From contig JADEYG010000002.1 in the NCBI GenBank assembly GCA_016906335.1, positions 1,612,001 to 1,676,000 of the forward strand: DNA of 64,000 nt. The letters run 5' to 3'. The stretch comes from Novakomyces olei (lineage: Eukaryota). The notes beneath the pieces were generated by a model. The model was not told the DNA's origin. It made no database searches and saw nothing but the letters and a program-made list of their open reading frames with translations. The translations under genes and the position numbers were made by a program. Positions 51,747 to 61,642 of this stretch are shown here, in pieces; within the stretch, counting starts at the first letter, position 1, and each line of letters opens with the position of its first letter.

Positions 51747-53684
51747 TCAAATTTCAAATAGCTGACTAAACTGGGCTGCATTAGCCAAAAAAAGATCCAT
51801 CGTTGATTCGTCAAATTCGGGAGATTCTTCAGCAGAAAAGCTCTGGGAGGTTTTGTGGTCATTCATTGTTCTTCTTTTGATCTTGTTTAAAGACATTTGA
51901 CTTAACTCTTCGAATGTCTTCAGTACCCTATTAGCCCTTGGCCATCGCTCCGACATGGCTATTAGAACATGCTTGCATGCTCCGATGTTCTCAAAAACGT
52001 CAAAGAGAGTATATGTCTCGGGTTCTATGCAAACACAGTAGCATACTGTAACGCCGGCAACAAAAACAGCATGCAAAGACTGGCAGTTTACGTGGAGTAT
52101 GCCGCTCATATGCAAAGCCTTGTACATTTTACAGGATTCTGCAGCAGACAATGCACAATGTGCAAAAGCCTTCTTCTCACTAGTATTGCTGACAAGCGCC
52201 GGCCTGTACAAAAGAATGACTGTATTATGATATTCCAGATCAAACCAGTATTTGAAGGCGTATACGCTAGTGATATCCTCAAAAGAAGGCAGTCCTGACT
52301 TCCAGGTATCAAGCTTCTCCATGAAAATAGACTGTAAGCTTTGGCATGTCTCAGTGTCGAGGCAATGACATACTCGGTACAACGCAGAGATAATCTCGCT
52401 TTGGATCTGGCGCAACCTGATAATATGAAGAAACGACGTTGTGAATTTTACAAGAGGGTCTGTTAGCTTTCGTTCTGAGTACAAATGTAGGCAGCTCATG
52501 ACCACGTTATCAGGCAGAGCGTACACGTCCAAATCAAGAGGCAACTTGGCGTCGATATCATTTTCTGATATGCAAAAAGGTCGTCCCGTGCTTATTGCTA
52601 CTGATCTGTCGAGACAGTACGCAGACCAGAAAATGCACCGTCGGTGCTGCGCGTGTCGAATCGGCATATCATCTGACTCTGAAACATGCCGATGCAGAGC
52701 TGTCTCTATACAGAGCCGCATAGCTATGCCAGAAAGTTCCCACGCAGAAGTTCCCACCTGTGTACTAAGGCAGTACGTGGCTAACAAAAGCACAGCTTGC
52801 ACGCGCACAAGATTACCTTGGAGCAATGTCTCATTTAAATTTTGTAGTGCCACCGACAGATAGTAGTCTGCCTCAGCGTTACTAGTTTTCGCAGCGTCAT
52901 GCTCCTCCTGACGCCCAATAGCACAAATCATAAATGTGAAGAATAGTGCTACTGCACTGCTGGCGCAGTCGCCAATAGCAACTTGCACGATGTACCGGTC
53001 CACCTCAACGAGGTGCAGGAACGGGAACCGTCTGTGGAAAGTCTTCAGGTAGACGTCAAAGTAGTGCCGTATCAGCTCAAGGCTGGGCACTTTTGTATCC
53101 CACCAAGAAGCAGAAAGCTCTTGCTCAGAGCCTGAGCCGATACAAAAAGTCGCGTCTTCTGCCTCACCGGGCGTTGCAATATACTTTCGCAGGCTTTGGG
53201 CCAGTATAATACCGGACGACGACCCAACGTAGTATCGCTCCTTACTTGAATCTAAGCAGAGCCAAGCAATGTCGGAAGTGACGGAATTGATACCGGAATC
53301 CAGCACTTGAGACGCTTGCTTCCGCTGCTGTGCCGCAGCTGCATTAGCCGCTACAAGGCCAGAGCCAGACGATTCCTCGAAAACGCCATCGTCATCGTCA
53401 AGATGGTCCCCGGCAGCCTCGGGGTAGACTGAGCGTACAAGGCTTTCTAGATAAGCCACCCGGCTTTCCAAGTGCTCCGTATACTGCCGTGGCACATCAC
53501 GGCCAAGAAGCTTGTCCTGATAAAAACAGGGCACCCCTGAGTGTAAACATCTTTTGCACGTTGGCAAGGTTCCATCACACCGACGCTTAGTCTTTCTGCA
53601 TCTGGAACAGGCAATATGGCCGGCCTGCCGTCCAATTCTAGCGCCGCTTTCTTTGCCCTCCGCAAAGCGCTTATCGCTGGACAT
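51747..53684 (-). CDS. Zn(II)2Cys6 transcription factor, Ppr1/UaY-like
   Basis: ACSRCRKTKRRCDGTLPTCKRC....VPC, the linker GRDVPRQY..HLESRVAYLE, YVGSSSG, AMRLCIE.ALH and RRCIFWSAYCLDR..GRP. Confidence 0.93.
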   Translation of the reverse strand: MSSDKRFAEGKESGARIGRQAGHIACSRCRKTKRRCDGTLPTCKRCLHSGVPCFYQDKLLGRDVPRQYTEHLESRVAYLESLVRSVYPEAAGDHLDDDDGVFEESSGSGLVAANAAAAQQRKQASQVLDSGINSVTSDIAWLCLDSSKERYYVGSSSGIILAQSLRKYIATPGEAEDATFCIGSGSEQELSASWWDTKVPSLELIRHYFDVYLKTFHRRFPFLHLVEVDRYIVQVAIGDCASSAVALFFTFMICAIGRQEEHDAAKTSNAEADYYLSVALQNLNETLLQGNLVRVQAVLLLATYCLSTQVGTSAWELSGIAMRLCIETALHRHVSESDDMPIRHAQHRRCIFWSAYCLDRSVAISTGRPFCISENDIDAKLPLDLDVYALPDNVVMSCLHLYSERKLTDPLVKFTTSFLHIIRLRQIQSEIISALYRVCHCLDTETCQSLQSIFMEKLDTWKSGLPSFEDITSVYAFKYWFDLEYHNTVILLYRPALVSNTSEKKAFAHCALSAAESCKMYKALHMSGILHVNCQSLHAVFVAGVTVCYCVCIEPETYTLFDVFENIGACKHVLIAMSERWPRANRVLKTFEELSQMSLNKIKRRTMNDHKTSQSFSAEESPEFDESTMDLFLANAAQFSQLFEI

Positions 53685-54620
53685 TTAGAGATGACTTTTG
53701 ATACAGGCGCTCGACAGAAAAAGATAGCCGTTCATAGTAATATTTATGTTACTATTTTTTGGAAAAATAGTAAAATTCCAAAACAGGATATGTACGAAAC
53801 TCGCGTGAAAGATGCGGGCGAAACGAAATTATACAGTACTTTTGACAAACAATTTTGCGCTTGAGAGTTTTCCGGTCTAAAGCGAGTCAATTGCCTTTGT
53901 GCACAAGCTGTTTGAATATTTTTTTATTTTCAAGGATTATTTCTCTAAACAACCTACACTCGAGACGTGCAAGACAAACGTTTCTTTAATGTCCAAAGTG
54001 CTATTATTATAAGCCTGCATTTGGGATTTAATCTTCTTTGCGCCAAAACAGCAATCAAAGGTAGAAGAGGCTTACGTGCCATACTCATTGCGTCTGCAAC
54101 TAGAAATAGCAAAGTAGAGCGAAAAACATGATATACAATGGCATATATATGAAATATAGACAGGAAATAAAACATGGCTAAACAGATGAACACTAATTCA
54201 TATTTACCTGCTGCTTATTTGCGAGCTCCAGCTCTCGACAACTAGGCTTGTTTCTCTTACTGTCTGGTAAACTAAAAATCTATTTATGCTAGCGCTTTAA
54301 TACGTGCCGCAAGCGGCGTACCTCATGGTAAAACTCAAATCTGGTCTACTCAACGGCAGATCGAGAAATCTAAAGAAAAATTGCAACGACACATGATCAG
54401 TTTTGTTGACCATTTTGACATAATCTTCTTCTTTTATGCCAAGTAACACATACGCAAACTCATGAACTATAGCTTTTGTCAAACAATAAGCATTTGTGAA
54501 TTAGGTAAATCCTGAAGATAGCAAACTGCGGCAAGAAGTCGAGCCATGCTCAAATGAAAAGATAATCGACAAGCAAAGGACAACGCTATTCAGCATTGAA
54601 GCAGGCTTCAACTTAATATT

Positions 54621-55472
54621 TTAAAGCAAAATTTCCCCCTTTGTGTCGTATACCATCTGTTCAAAATGCGGCTGAAACTGTGTATGCAGGCAAACAGAGC
54701 CTCCGTGGCGCGCCGTGAAACCAGCAAATTCATCGTCAATAATTGATTTCTTCAAACCATTTGCAGCAGCGGCTTCAACTTTGAGCTGCGTTTCGCAGCA
54801 TCTTTCAATGCAATTATATAAAAATGCAGCCTCTTCGACCGTATGACCTACCGTTAAGAGACCGTGGTTCTGAAGAAACAATACGCTTTTGTCTGCTAAA
54901 GCTTTTGCGATTGAATCACTTTCCTCCGCACTAAGAACAACACCTGTAAACTTGAAAATTGCCTGCCGGTTGTAAGCGTAGCAAGCATCTTGGCTCAGCA
55001 TTTCGAGCGGGAGCCCAAAAGTTGACCAAGCTCGACCATTTGGAGAATGGCAATGGCATGCTGCGTTGACATCGGGACGAGCTCTGTGAACAGCCGCGTG
55101 AATAAGAAACCCAGACTTGTTGACTTTTGCCGTACAAGTCTTATCGACCAAATTACCTTCCTCATCAACTAAAACCATATCTGAGGCCCTTAAAACCCCA
55201 AATGGTCGCGCGTACGGATTTATCCAAAAATGGTGTGGGTTCACGGGGTCCCGCAACGAAATATGACCTGAACAGCCTTCACTAAACCCTAGCTTATCCC
55301 ACAATCTGAAAGCAGCCGCCATTTTTTCCTTTTGGTCTTTGCGTGCTTCAAAGGGATTAGAAAAGATTTTTATTTGGTGAAGCTCTTCTGTCGGACTAGG
55401 GTTTTTGGTCGCCGCCTCAATAGTACGAGTCTTCAGAGCCGGCTTGGCTTCAATCGTAACCGTATTGCTCAT
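54621..55472 (-). CDS. Class II aldolase/adducin-family protein
   Basis: EG.SGHISLRDP, FWINP, GFLIHAAVHRARPDV.AACHCHS and LQNHGLLTVG.TVEEA (Zn-binding His). The probable ATG is at 55472. Confidence 0.92.
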   Translation of the reverse strand: MSNTVTIEAKPALKTRTIEAATKNPSPTEELHQIKIFSNPFEARKDQKEKMAAAFRLWDKLGFSEGCSGHISLRDPVNPHHFWINPYARPFGVLRASDMVLVDEEGNLVDKTCTAKVNKSGFLIHAAVHRARPDVNAACHCHSPNGRAWSTFGLPLEMLSQDACYAYNRQAIFKFTGVVLSAEESDSIAKALADKSVLFLQNHGLLTVGHTVEEAAFLYNCIERCCETQLKVEAAAANGLKKSIIDDEFAGFTARHGGSVCLHTQFQPHFEQMVYDTKGEILL

Positions 55473-55696
55473 TCTTTGTTTATTTCTTCTCTGCGACTCG
55501 ATCACCAGCAAATCAACAAGGCTGCAAGATTTTGCAAAAACTAGATCTTGACCGTTAACCAGACGACAATTGGACTATATTGATTCTCAGATCCAATGTC
55601 TTATCGCGCACATATATATATCTATATAAATACTTGAGCACGGATCGATAAATCATATGTTTAATCGTTCATCTCACATCCATACATAATTTTTAT

Positions 55697-55750
55697 GCGG
55701 GATAACCGCGCAGGAAATGATAGACAAATACGTCTGCGGGATATCACCGC
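55697..55750 (+). promoter_or_regulatory. Two CGG/CCG inverted sites in the aldolase-cupin divergent promoter
   Basis: GCGG-GATAA-CCGC (N5, 55698-55708) and GCGG-GATATCA-CCGC (N7, 55737-55749). Confidence 0.6.
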
Positions 55751-55890
55751 AAACGCGCCACAAATAAATTGATAATAATATTAAAAGTAAAGATAAATTG
55801 TAGAAAGGAAGCATAATAAAACTAAAAAAAAAAATTAAAACTCAAATAACACTCGAGCAAAGGGTAGTTTGCACGCATTTTAGCTGAATC

Positions 55891-56241
55891 ATGGAGCATC
55901 TGCATAATTGCCTTGCTCGTCCAATTAAAGGAACATCATATTTGGCTGCTGCTGACATGAAATTTAAGCTAATTAAGCCCGGGTATTGGAGTGCAGGACT
56001 GATGGAGGATAGCCCGAACTTTAAATCTATGCTCATGAAAATTGAGCCTGGAGCTCAGGGCGAAAGGCACTGGCACGCTGGGTTATACGAACATATTTAT
56101 GTTCTGGATGGTGAATTTTCAGACACAGAGAACAAATACAAAAAGGGAGACTATGTCGTTCGTGAACCAGGCTACCCACACCAAACTAAATCGGCGGAAG
56201 GCGCAACAATACTAGTTGTCCTCACTTCGGGACCGTTATAA
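55891..56241 (+). CDS. Small ChrR-like cupin protein
   Basis: Cupin motifs IEPGA....HWH.GLYEHIYVLDG and GDYVVREPG.PH. Confidence 0.85.
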   Translation: MEHLHNCLARPIKGTSYLAAADMKFKLIKPGYWSAGLMEDSPNFKSMLMKIEPGAQGERHWHAGLYEHIYVLDGEFSDTENKYKKGDYVVREPGYPHQTKSAEGATILVVLTSGPL

Positions 56242-57162
56242 TTTCTCAACTCGGGAAATATGAAGGCGCTCCTCGGTTTACCAATAACAATATCGCGTGG
56301 GATTCTGGAGTTTCATAATCTATACCTATTTCGCATAGCATAAACTATACTCGGATAGAAATAGAACAATTCGCTGCAGTATTAATCAATTCACATTCGC
56401 ATTCCAAAAAGAAGTCCACGCCCAGGAGCCACTCAATTCGTCAGACTGAGAGTGTTAGATAGCACCTGATTAATGACTCGTGCTGTACCATTGCTTATCG
56501 CATCCAAATCATGATCTCCAGTTGCTATATCAGGCTTTGACGCCTATTATGCCAGTTTGGGCGCCCGCTTTAGCCGCCTCCCACGCAAGATATCAGCTAA
56601 AAACAATATCACACTAAAAACCCTAGGGTGAAAAGTATGAAGATAACGCACAAGTGCACCACAAATGCTTCATATTACTTCATAATTCTTGATACCAGCA
56701 GGCTCTCACAAGCTAAATGAGCGTGAAATCTAACGACTGGTTAATTCTTCGAATTGTATCAATGCTAGAAATTCTGAACACTGTTTCAAATTCAACAATT
56801 ACGCACGTACAAATGCAAATATGCTCTACGATGTTGGATTTGGCCTTATCCTTGATAGGGGAGTCGTTTTTGTTAAGAGGTTTGGTAGGCGATATCTGCC
56901 CCCAGTGCGTGCTTGATCTCGCTCGTTGGCAGCAAGACCACGACTACACAGTGTGGTTGTGAAATTCTGTTACCGCGTCGTATTCAATAAAGCAAAAAGT
57001 TGCACTATAAAGAAAAGCATACATACAAGTTTATAATTAATTGTCGCTAGTATGATAAAAACAATTCCTATTGCCGTCTAAATTTAAAACCAATCTAACG
57101 TTAACATAACGATACTTGGCCAATTTGAGACCATCTAAACTGCAATAAAGCTATATAGGGAA

Positions 57163-57927
57163 CTATGCCTGTGAAATCTGGCTTCGAGGCAACTTGCGTA
57201 ATTCTGCGTTTACGTCCGGACCATAGCGGACACGGGTCAGACCACTGTAAAAAAATTCAGCCAGCGTGTTCGCGTCAAACACAGGCAAGCCAGTTGCGTC
57301 CTGAATAGCCAAAGCATACGGTGGCAATTGCGTGCATTCGAGAAGAATAGCACCAATGTTTCCATGCTCACGAATTAGAGTGTTGGCCAGGCCTACAAGC
57401 TCTTTAGCTCCCTCTTCATAGTCAATGGGGCCAGAGTCTTTAATTTGAGTTGAAATTGCACCTCCATAGGGGACTCCAATGACTGGCGTACTCGGATCTC
57501 CGTGGACGGCATCAAAGTGCACCTTTGAAAGAGATTCTGCACGATAAGTAATAATGCCCACTTGCTTACTGCGTGGGATAAAAGTCCTGATGAGCGGTAG
57601 TTGCTGTAAACTGCTTGTTATGACGGGAACAGATAGTGCGTCTGCCAAATATGGCTGAATCTGTGCCAAAAATCCACATGATGTATAAATTCCGATGCAT
57701 CCGTCCTTCTCCACCATTTCTTTTGCAAGAGCGACAAATTCGTTAACAAATTCTTGATCAAACTTATTTGGGTTAACCACCGCTTTAACAGATGCATTCT
57801 TTAATGCTCTTGTGACAATAGGGAAGTCGAACGTAGCCTGAGTCCCAGTATCACCAGGGATTCTATGAATGTTGATGTTCAACGTGATTATGCCTAATGG
57901 GCCAGACGCAAAACCCGCGCGAGTCAT
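57163..57927 (-). CDS. Asp/Glu/hydantoin racemase-superfamily protein
   Basis: LGII, RIPGD.G...TF.FP, both catalytic-type Cys motifs (TSCGF and LECTQL), PVITSSL and TGLPVFD. Confidence 0.85.
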   Translation of the reverse strand: MTRAGFASGPLGIITLNINIHRIPGDTGTQATFDFPIVTRALKNASVKAVVNPNKFDQEFVNEFVALAKEMVEKDGCIGIYTSCGFLAQIQPYLADALSVPVITSSLQQLPLIRTFIPRSKQVGIITYRAESLSKVHFDAVHGDPSTPVIGVPYGGAISTQIKDSGPIDYEEGAKELVGLANTLIREHGNIGAILLECTQLPPYALAIQDATGLPVFDANTLAEFFYSGLTRVRYGPDVNAELRKLPRSQISQA

Positions 57928-58111
57928 AAGGGATTGTTATATTTGACTTTTATGGCGTGCAAAAGCTGAATGCCGAAAAACCACTTGTCAGGGCAACCAA
58001 AGTTTCGATTTAAACGACACTGGCTCTATTGAGGCAGCAATTAAGCCCACATTTATATGATATAAAACTATGCCAAGCAGGCGTTTTATCGCAATTCTTA
58101 TCATCACGAAT

Positions 58112-58125
58112 GCGGCGAATCACCG
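58112..58125 (+). promoter_or_regulatory. CGG-N7-CCG putative Zn2Cys6 site
   Basis: GCGG-CGAATCA-CCG, ~186 bp upstream of the racemase-like gene, next to TTTATC/CTTATC GATA sites. Confidence 0.55.
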
Positions 58126-58677
58126 AATTCTCAGTGTGTGTGATAACAGTATAATGGGGTAGGAATTATTATTATGCTACATGAATATCGTAACAGAAAC
58201 GGAAATAAATTTATGTACCATGAATATATTGAGGACTTATCGTATAACGGATAGTTCTGAGGAAAATGTCTTCTGAAAAAGCTCTGACGGAAATGCTTTT
58301 AATGAAAACATTTTGGTTTGTCGGATCTCGTAAAAAAATTACTCAATGCCGTGATTTTTTCGTCATCATTGTTGATCGGACTCTGTCCCGATGTTCATCT
58401 ATATCTATTATCAGAAATCTGTCCCCAATGCTACTTGTAGTTTTATGGCTATGTCCTTGAGGTGCAGCACATGATCTCCAAACATTATATCCGCTGACGT
58501 TGTAATTATTCTGTCAGCGCACAGATGCCGCTAAGTCGTAAAAATCAGACAAAAGATGTATGATGGGATTCACAAAGTGGAAAGCTATATTGCGAATTCC
58601 ACACTTTTTTAGCAAAAATGCTTGTTATTCTACGAACCACAAATACTTTAACGTTGCTAATTCGAACTGTATATCGG

Positions 58678-60108
58678 CTAAAGTCGAGATGGTATTTCAT
58701 TTAACACTTTTTCTCTTGGCTGATTGTGCAAAATGCGACTGGTAGAAAGAGGCTCCCCAATTTTGTTTTTGACTTTTTCTGCCTGCGTGTAGGATCGCCA
58801 CTTGTATTTTTTTGTGAAAATTGTCTCCTTTCCCTCCAGCACATCAACAACATGCCGACCAACCAGTGGGAAAAAAGAAAAGCCCCGACCGGAGTCGCCG
58901 GTAGCCACAAGTAGACCATGAAAATTCGGAACCCAGTCGATAAGAAATTCATCGTCCATAGAGTCTGCATACCAGCAAAGTCGTGTTTTGACAAGCTTCA
59001 CATCCGGCGAACAAAGCTCCGGCAGATTATCACGTAAAAAATTGTGGATGTAAGAAAGGCTTTTATCAGGAATCTCTTTGATGGCGGGAACAGTAGATTG
59101 TGTACACGGCGTCGACACCAAGTTACCGTTACTTCCGTTTTGTGGGTTGAGCCATTTTATCCCCTTGTACCCAATTTTGACACGGCCGTCTTTTGTACGA
59201 GGGAATCCATAAAGTGCACCAGTTTCGCCTTCCCGGTAGCGATAAGTAAAGGGCGGGAAGTTGTCTGAGCTGAACCGATTCCAAAGATCTCTTCGTGATT
59301 TGGGGAGCTGGAAAATGCAAACTGAGCCACCAGTTGCTTCCACACACTCATTCATGCTCACAACAGATGGCGTCCAGGCCCCCAGGCAACAAATAATGGT
59401 TGATGCCTGATGGCACTGGCCATCAGCTGTCCGGATGCCCACTATTTGACGACGGCCGCGACTATCGGAAGCGGCATCAAACAAAAACTCCGCGAATTCT
59501 CCCCTTTTAGAACCCATAATTGTACGTGCTCCGCCCTTGCGGACGAGATACAGGGCAAATGTGCAAGAATCGCTTGCCATTGAGACGCCGCCCGACAAAT
59601 CTAGCAATCCATTTTGTGGGAAATTGCGCTTTCGGCGAGTTAGTGGATCCGTTTTCATTGGGTTAATGCCGTCTGCCAAAGCACGGCTAAGGTCATCCTT
59701 GCTGGAAAGATCGTATACGTTTGAGCGTTTGTGGGACAAAATATCCAAATCTTCGGGGGGCAGATCTTTGTCGCTGATAATGGCCGTTCCACACTCAACC
59801 AAAAGCTTTGTATCCTGCGTCAGAGGCGACGGTAGGTCATGATATTTAGGAATGTCGCTATTCCACTTTCTCCAAGCGTTCAAACACTGCATACCAAAGT
59901 CGCGATAGATTTCTTGTGTCTGACTTTCAGCACGGAAAAGCTTATTATAGTCGCTTGAGGCACTATCTGCACCCTTGTCAAAATCATAATGGTCGAATCG
60001 ATCAAAGATCGTAACGTTCTTGTAGCCACGCTCGATCAAATGCAATGCTGTACTAAGCCCAAACACGCCGGCTCCAAGAATAATGATAGACGTATCTTTA
60101 CCCTCCAT
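58678..60108 (-). CDS. FAD-dependent amine oxidase (sarcosine/pipecolate/fructosyl-amine oxidase family)
   Basis: ILGAGVFGLSTA, SASSDYNKLFR, GAWTP, LYGFP, RLCWYAD (flavinylation Cys) and FLIDW..LLVATG.SG.GF.F. The probable ATG is at 60108. Confidence 0.9.
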   Translation of the reverse strand: MEGKDTSIIILGAGVFGLSTALHLIERGYKNVTIFDRFDHYDFDKGADSASSDYNKLFRAESQTQEIYRDFGMQCLNAWRKWNSDIPKYHDLPSPLTQDTKLLVECGTAIISDKDLPPEDLDILSHKRSNVYDLSSKDDLSRALADGINPMKTDPLTRRKRNFPQNGLLDLSGGVSMASDSCTFALYLVRKGGARTIMGSKRGEFAEFLFDAASDSRGRRQIVGIRTADGQCHQASTIICCLGAWTPSVVSMNECVEATGGSVCIFQLPKSRRDLWNRFSSDNFPPFTYRYREGETGALYGFPRTKDGRVKIGYKGIKWLNPQNGSNGNLVSTPCTQSTVPAIKEIPDKSLSYIHNFLRDNLPELCSPDVKLVKTRLCWYADSMDDEFLIDWVPNFHGLLVATGDSGRGFSFFPLVGRHVVDVLEGKETIFTKKYKWRSYTQAEKVKNKIGEPLSTSRILHNQPREKVLNEIPSRL

Positions 60109-60284
60109 AAGGAAGAATTTATCCGAGCGCACGCCTTCTAAAGTCGATGTAAACTGTTTGTCTTGACAAGCATGAAGTCGTACATCTTTTTATAATGGTT
60201 AGAATATAATGCTAAAATACAAATGCTTACAAGTTTAGACTACATATCTTATCGGAGATTTTGTGTGTTGCGTGGGCCATTTGC

Positions 60285-60299
60285 GCGGGATAATACCGC
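60285..60299 (+). promoter_or_regulatory. CGG-N7-CCG putative Zn2Cys6 site
   Basis: GCGG-GATAATA-CCGC, ~178 bp upstream of the oxidase start. Confidence 0.6.
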
Positions 60300-60599
60300 A
60301 ATTTGTATGTGGCGAAATTAACCACTTAGCAATACAGCTGCTATGTATACGTTAAACTTATTAAATTATAAATTTAGATATTTATGAAACACAGTTATAT
60401 TTTTCAATTTGTGCACAAGAATTCTATCCGTTAAAATGCTATTTAAATGCGTATGCTTATGCTATAATTTATGCTTTTCTCTTCTTTCCATCTTTTCCGT
60501 CGCCTCCTGAACCTTGACTGGGAGAAAGCTCGAGCTTCGCAATGCTCTCCTTAATGATGTTTCCCATTTCGTCGTATAGGTCTTCTCCTTTTCCCTCAA

Positions 60600-61050
60600 G
60601 ATATGTAGAAAGCACGTATAACACTTTCTCAAAACGAGAGCCAAATTACGAATATGTCTAGTCGGAGCTATCGCCACGAGCATATCGGTCAAACACAATT
60701 CCGTAAACTATTCCAATGCCTTCCCAGAATTGCGAGACATTGGCCCGTGTTTATATTCAATGTAGGTATTCTGTCGTCAGCTCCGTTTATACAAATATCA
60801 CCGGCGACATTGAGGCACTTTATACTTCCTCCGTGACCTGGTCTGAGTTTACGGCTCCCGGCGACTGTTCAGATTCCAGACGCGGAGTCCACCTTGCTAG
60901 GAGCTCGGAATAGCCATAATTTAATCCTTCATATTGACTCAAAGCACTTGGGATGTAAGTGCATACATCACATGGCGGCTGTTTCCTGTATCAAGGTTCC
61001 AGGCACCAATGTTTTGCCTCGCGCTATGCGCATAAGAATCGGGTATGAGA
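60600..61050 (-). pseudogene. Degenerate Cdc4/Fbw7-like WD40-repeat pseudogene
   Basis: Minus-strand translation: IGAWNLDTGNSRHVMYALTSQVL*VNMKD*IMAIPSS*QGGLRVWNL, GHGGSIKCLNVAGDICINGADD, NINTGQCLAILG, IVYGIVFD. These are WD40 repeats with stops and frameshifts. Confidence 0.75.
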
Positions 61051-61480
61051 TAAAAGTTGCCTTCCTGGTCTGAGCATCATGAATCAGCCAGTCCACCTGA
61101 TCAGTGGCAGGTCAAAACGATGGACGGATGCCGGCACTCGAAAGCAACCCGCTCTTACATCGTTTCTTTCGTCTAAAGCCTAATTCCAGCTAAAACGCCA
61201 TTCCAACAAATAATGCTGTATCAGTCACGACTTCCCCTCACTGTCGACATATTTATTGCCACCTATCGTCGCCATGTCACCGCCACTGCCACAGCCATCT
61301 CTATATTACTCCAGCGCTCATACAGTCCCTTCGCCACTGGTACTGCCAGGCGACGGAGTTGGAATCGCCAGCAGTAACTGGAATTGTGGAGGCAGGGACT
61401 CCGTCAAAATATATTACTTGATTTCTGTCCGTTCAATACGCGAGGCTCTTGATTGCACATGATGGGTTGTTTCGCTATTG

Positions 61481-61520
61481 GTGAATTAATGGAATCAATA
61501 GTGAATTAATGGAATCAAAA
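61481..61520. repeat. 20-bp direct tandem duplication
   Basis: gtgaattaatggaatcaata followed by gtgaattaatggaatcaaaa. Confidence 0.85.
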
Positions 61521-61642
61521 TAAAAACGCCAACAATATGCTAAACAATGCAATTTAAATATGCCCAATAATATGCCATAACTATGCCAGACTTTAAAGCC
61601 TGGATGAAAATGAAAGGGTATTATATATCATTGGCCCCCGGC

